Part shown: positions 25,516 to 27,832 of the stretch, piece after piece
Numbering within the stretch: position 1 is the stretch's first letter
Layout: every line of letters begins with the position of its first letter
NCBI GenBank assembly: GCA_038217285.1
Contig: JBBQPO010000047.1
Location: 1-27,832 of the forward strand
Reading direction: 5' to 3'
DNA length: 27,832 nucleotides
Origin: Chthonomonadales bacterium
Lineage (GTDB): Bacteria; Armatimonadota; Chthonomonadetes; Chthonomonadales; Chthonomonadaceae
The notes under the pieces: model-generated
What the model was told of the DNA's origin: nothing
Database searches by the model: none
Seen by the model: only the letters and a program-made list of their open reading frames with translations
Position numbers and translations under genes: made by a program

Positions 25516-27483
25516 CTATTTCCAGCGCGCCTTCGGCGGTTGATCCCGGCGGATCTCGACCGCTTCCAGGCGCTTCACATCCCAGACCGGACGCGCAGAC
25601 GGTAGTTGCGGCACATGGTAGACCGGCATCGGCTCTTCGCGTCGGTAGCTGTTGCCCATGCGCCGGACTCCCACGGGTCGTACAACGAGAGCGTCCGGGG
25701 TGACGTCGATCCGCAGAAAGTGATAGAGAAGGCCCGACGCGCCATCCTCCGCTGTCGGGCCGCGCCCTCCGATGGCCCCTTCTTGAATCCCGCTGCTGCA
25801 AAAGGCGCTGTACCGCTCCGGATAGCGACGGCGACGGTTCGGGTCCAGTAAGGAGGGCCGCAGGGAGACCTGCCCCCCGCCGCCTGTCACAAAGATACCG
25901 GTGTTGGGCAGAGCCGACGAGCGAAACCATTCGAAGGCATGCGCATGGCCCGACAACACCAGATGAACCCGGTCCCGCAGCAGTTCCTGGAGGTTGGAGC
26001 GAAGTCCCTGCACGTCCGGCCGTTCACAATGGTTGACGATGCTGGTATAGAGCGGATGATGCAGAAAGACGATCCTCCAACTGTCGGGGCGCTCCCGTAC
26101 CGACTCCTCAAGGCTGCGTTCCAGCCACTCCAACTGCGCGGTGTCGTAGTCCTCCGGCCGGTAACGCACGCGTCGTCGCTCCAGCGTCAGTTCTCGCTGC
26201 ACGTCCATCGCCTCTTCCGACAACTGATGGATCAGCAGGGTCTCCGGAACGGGTGCCAGCGCCGCAACCTCTGTCCAGGCGTGCAGCGCTTGCTGCAGGG
26301 CGTCGCGTGTCGTGAGCAGTTGCTGACGGGTCTCCCCCTCCGGCAGCGTCCCCAGGCAGCTTTCGATAGAGCGCAAAGCGGCACAGGCCTCGTCGCTCGC
26401 ATCGTCCAGCGAGCGCAGCGCCCGCATAATTGCATCCGAGTCTTCCGCGCTTTCCAGATCGTTCACGGCCTCGCCCCAGCGGCGCTGCGCCGTGGTGACC
26501 GCCTGCACGGCCTCGTTACATGGCGGCAGGGCAGGCTTCACACCCATCAACGCCGTGTGGAGTTGATCCAGAACCCGGGTGACCAACGCCCCGGCCCGCA
26601 GAATATCCTCTTGCCGCATCGGATCGGTGCTCGTCTCTTCGTGCGCAGTCTTACGTAGGCGATCCAGGGCGAGCTGATGCCGACGCAGTTCCCGGTCCAG
26701 TTCTTTGGCACGAACATGCAGCGTCTCGGCGCGTAGAGCGGCTTCTTCATGGACCTGTTCTCTATTGGTTCCGGGAGGAGGCGCTTCCAGCGTATTGGAG
26801 TCCAGCGCGAAGAGATCGACCGACCCCATCCGACACTGGTAGTAACGGTTCGGGAGTCGGGTCTGCTCGCCGGGGCGATACGGCAGCGCGTGGTCCAGGG
26901 TGTCGGCGTCGGCATTGACGAACGCCTGCATGTAGGCTTTGCCCATCTCAGAGCCACCTTCCGGCACACTGAAGGCGAAAAGCTCGTGGGCGATAGCCCG
27001 CAGTCCCGCGCCCAATATCGGGATGCGCGCCAGCCAGCGGGTCCATCCGGCGAGGTCGTAGTAGTCGTGGTTACCGGGAACAGGGAGGAAGGGCATCCGA
27101 AAGATCAGGTCGTCCACGGTGCTCTGCGGGGTCAGAAACGCTTCGTATGGACGTCGGAAGTTGCGGTCGTAGAGTCGGTGCTCACCGGTCATGTAGACGA
27201 TGTCGCCGGTATGGACGACGAAAGCGCCCGATCCCTTACTGCCCGGCAGCGCCGCGTCCGCCGCCATTTCGCGCCCGACAGCGTCCTGCGGCGAGAGATG
27301 CGGGCCGGACGCCTCGGAGTCGCCGGTATCGCCGAGCGCCAGGAAAGTAAAATTGTTGGGATCGGGCAGGGCGGGCGTCTCCAGCGCATAGCCCATCCCC
27401 TTCCCTGCGCCGACCGTCCAGCGCGCAATCACATCTCGATCCAGCGGAGCCTTCAGCCAGTTATCGGCGCTAAATAGGGGCAC
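25516..27483 (-). CDS. Calcineurin-like metallophosphoesterase (purple acid phosphatase-like) with a large helical insertion
   Basis: All five motifs present: GDTGD, HTGDIVY, PGNHDYY, FLHHP, SGHAH, plus VTGGGG. AGAGGAG SD before GTG 27483. Confidence 0.88.
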   Translation of the reverse strand: MPLFSADNWLKAPLDRDVIARWTVGAGKGMGYALETPALPDPNNFTFLALGDTGDSEASGPHLSPQDAVGREMAADAALPGSKGSGAFVVHTGDIVYMTGEHRLYDRNFRRPYEAFLTPQSTVDDLIFRMPFLPVPGNHDYYDLAGWTRWLARIPILGAGLRAIAHELFAFSVPEGGSEMGKAYMQAFVNADADTLDHALPYRPGEQTRLPNRYYQCRMGSVDLFALDSNTLEAPPPGTNREQVHEEAALRAETLHVRAKELDRELRRHQLALDRLRKTAHEETSTDPMRQEDILRAGALVTRVLDQLHTALMGVKPALPPCNEAVQAVTTAQRRWGEAVNDLESAEDSDAIMRALRSLDDASDEACAALRSIESCLGTLPEGETRQQLLTTRDALQQALHAWTEVAALAPVPETLLIHQLSEEAMDVQRELTLERRRVRYRPEDYDTAQLEWLERSLEESVRERPDSWRIVFLHHPLYTSIVNHCERPDVQGLRSNLQELLRDRVHLVLSGHAHAFEWFRSSALPNTGIFVTGGGGQVSLRPSLLDPNRRRRYPERYSAFCSSGIQEGAIGGRGPTAEDGASGLLYHFLRIDVTPDALVVRPVGVRRMGNSYRREEPMPVYHVPQLPSARPVWDVKRLEAVEIRRDQPPKARWK

Positions 27484-27617
27484 GAATCTATCTCCTCTTG
27501 CGGACGGCGCGTGGGTTCGCCATCACGAATCCTCAAGAAGAAAACGATCCTGTCGTGCATTTTGTTTCTGCAATCCGCGCCGTTCCCTCTCCGCACCACT
27601 GCCTTCCGGCAAAAAGG

Positions 27618-27623
27618 TATAAT
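27618..27623 (+). promoter_or_regulatory. Consensus -10 box TATAAT upstream of the interrupted ORF at 27673
   Basis: Perfect TATAAT in the divergent intergenic region. No convincing -35. Confidence 0.45.
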
Positions 27624-27672
27624 CCAGCAGGCTCCGCATTGCGCTGCCTACCCTTCGAACAAGAGGAATTGT

Positions 27673-27693
27673 ATGACTGGACTGATCGTCATC
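27673..27693 (+). pseudogene. Probable 5' stub (MTGLIVI) of a gene interrupted by the IS1-like element
   Basis: AAGAGGA SD (27661-27667), ATG 27673, then seven codons ending exactly at the putative IS end GGTAG (27694). Confidence 0.45.
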
Positions 27694-27832
27694 GGTAGAA
27701 CCGCATCAAACGGTGAAAATGTGAAAAGTGGGGCATGTCCTTCGTAAGTTTGATTACCACATCCAACTTAGGAGGTTTCCATGCACCCACAACCTACATT
27801 TTGCCCTAATCTCGACTGTCCGTCAAGAGGCC
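27694..27832 (+). mobile_element. Left end of a probable IS1-family insertion sequence (truncated by the window edge)
   Basis: Starts GGTAGAACCGCATCAAACGGTG (IS1 ends typically begin GGT), GC content drops, and a transposase-like ORF follows. The right end is not visible. Confidence 0.6.
27781..27832 (+). CDS. N-terminus of a probable IS1-family transposase (zinc-finger start), partial
   Basis: GGAGG SD (27771-27775), then MHPQPTFCPNLDCPSRG. FCPNxxCP.RG is the zinc-knuckle start I recognise from IS1-like transposases. Only 17 codons are visible. Confidence 0.65.
   Translation, partial: MHPQPTFCPNLDCPSRG

Noticed and set aside
1190-27477. Many long antisense or alternate-frame ORFs (e.g. 3433-4758-, 5597-6913+, 8157-9371-, 13387-14886+, 13502-14971-, 17960-19555+, 24365-25930-)
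   Set aside because: They fully overlap well-supported genes and show no family motifs. Such shadow ORFs are expected from high GC3 codon bias.
25516-27483. Metallophosphoesterase as an Mre11/SbcD-Rad50-like or anti-phage nuclease fusion
   Set aside because: There are no Walker motifs, no CxxC zinc hook and no neighbouring defence genes. The motifs are closer to purple-acid-phosphatase-like enzymes.
27513-27553. ACAGGATCG and TGAGGATTC boxes upstream of the metallophosphoesterase (minus strand)
   Set aside because: Neither has an RNNGAA element at 11-13 nt spacing.

Overview
GC-rich bacterial chromosomal window with 17 intact protein-coding genes, mostly metabolic or secreted. They encode a DUF1206 membrane protein, PepD, a VOC protein, two Tat-type Gfo/Idh/MocA oxidoreductases, an MtfA/M90 peptidase, a GH51 arabinofuranosidase, DUF3500, a PhyH dioxygenase, a planctomycete-type cytochrome c DUF1549/DUF1553 + DUF1501 pair, a serine hydrolase / TIM-barrel / pgm / Eis-like GNAT operon, a divergent beta-carbonic-anhydrase-like protein with an S9 peptidase, and a metallophosphoesterase carrying a ~210-aa helical insert. 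The window ends in the probable left end of an IS1-like element that appears to interrupt a gene after 7 codons. The gene mix suggests an Armatimonadota- or PVC-like organism (inference only). The most striking unannotated signals are non-coding. (1) A sigmaH-like bipartite motif (RNAGGAWWN-N11..13-RNN[G/C]AA) lies upstream of 8 transcription-unit starts, including both directions of three divergent pairs. (2) There are two unrelated families of REP/REPIN-like palindromic elements, one with compensatory base changes. (3) One transcript is probably leaderless. No tRNA, rRNA or CRISPR array was seen. All family calls come from motif recognition by eye, not database searches.
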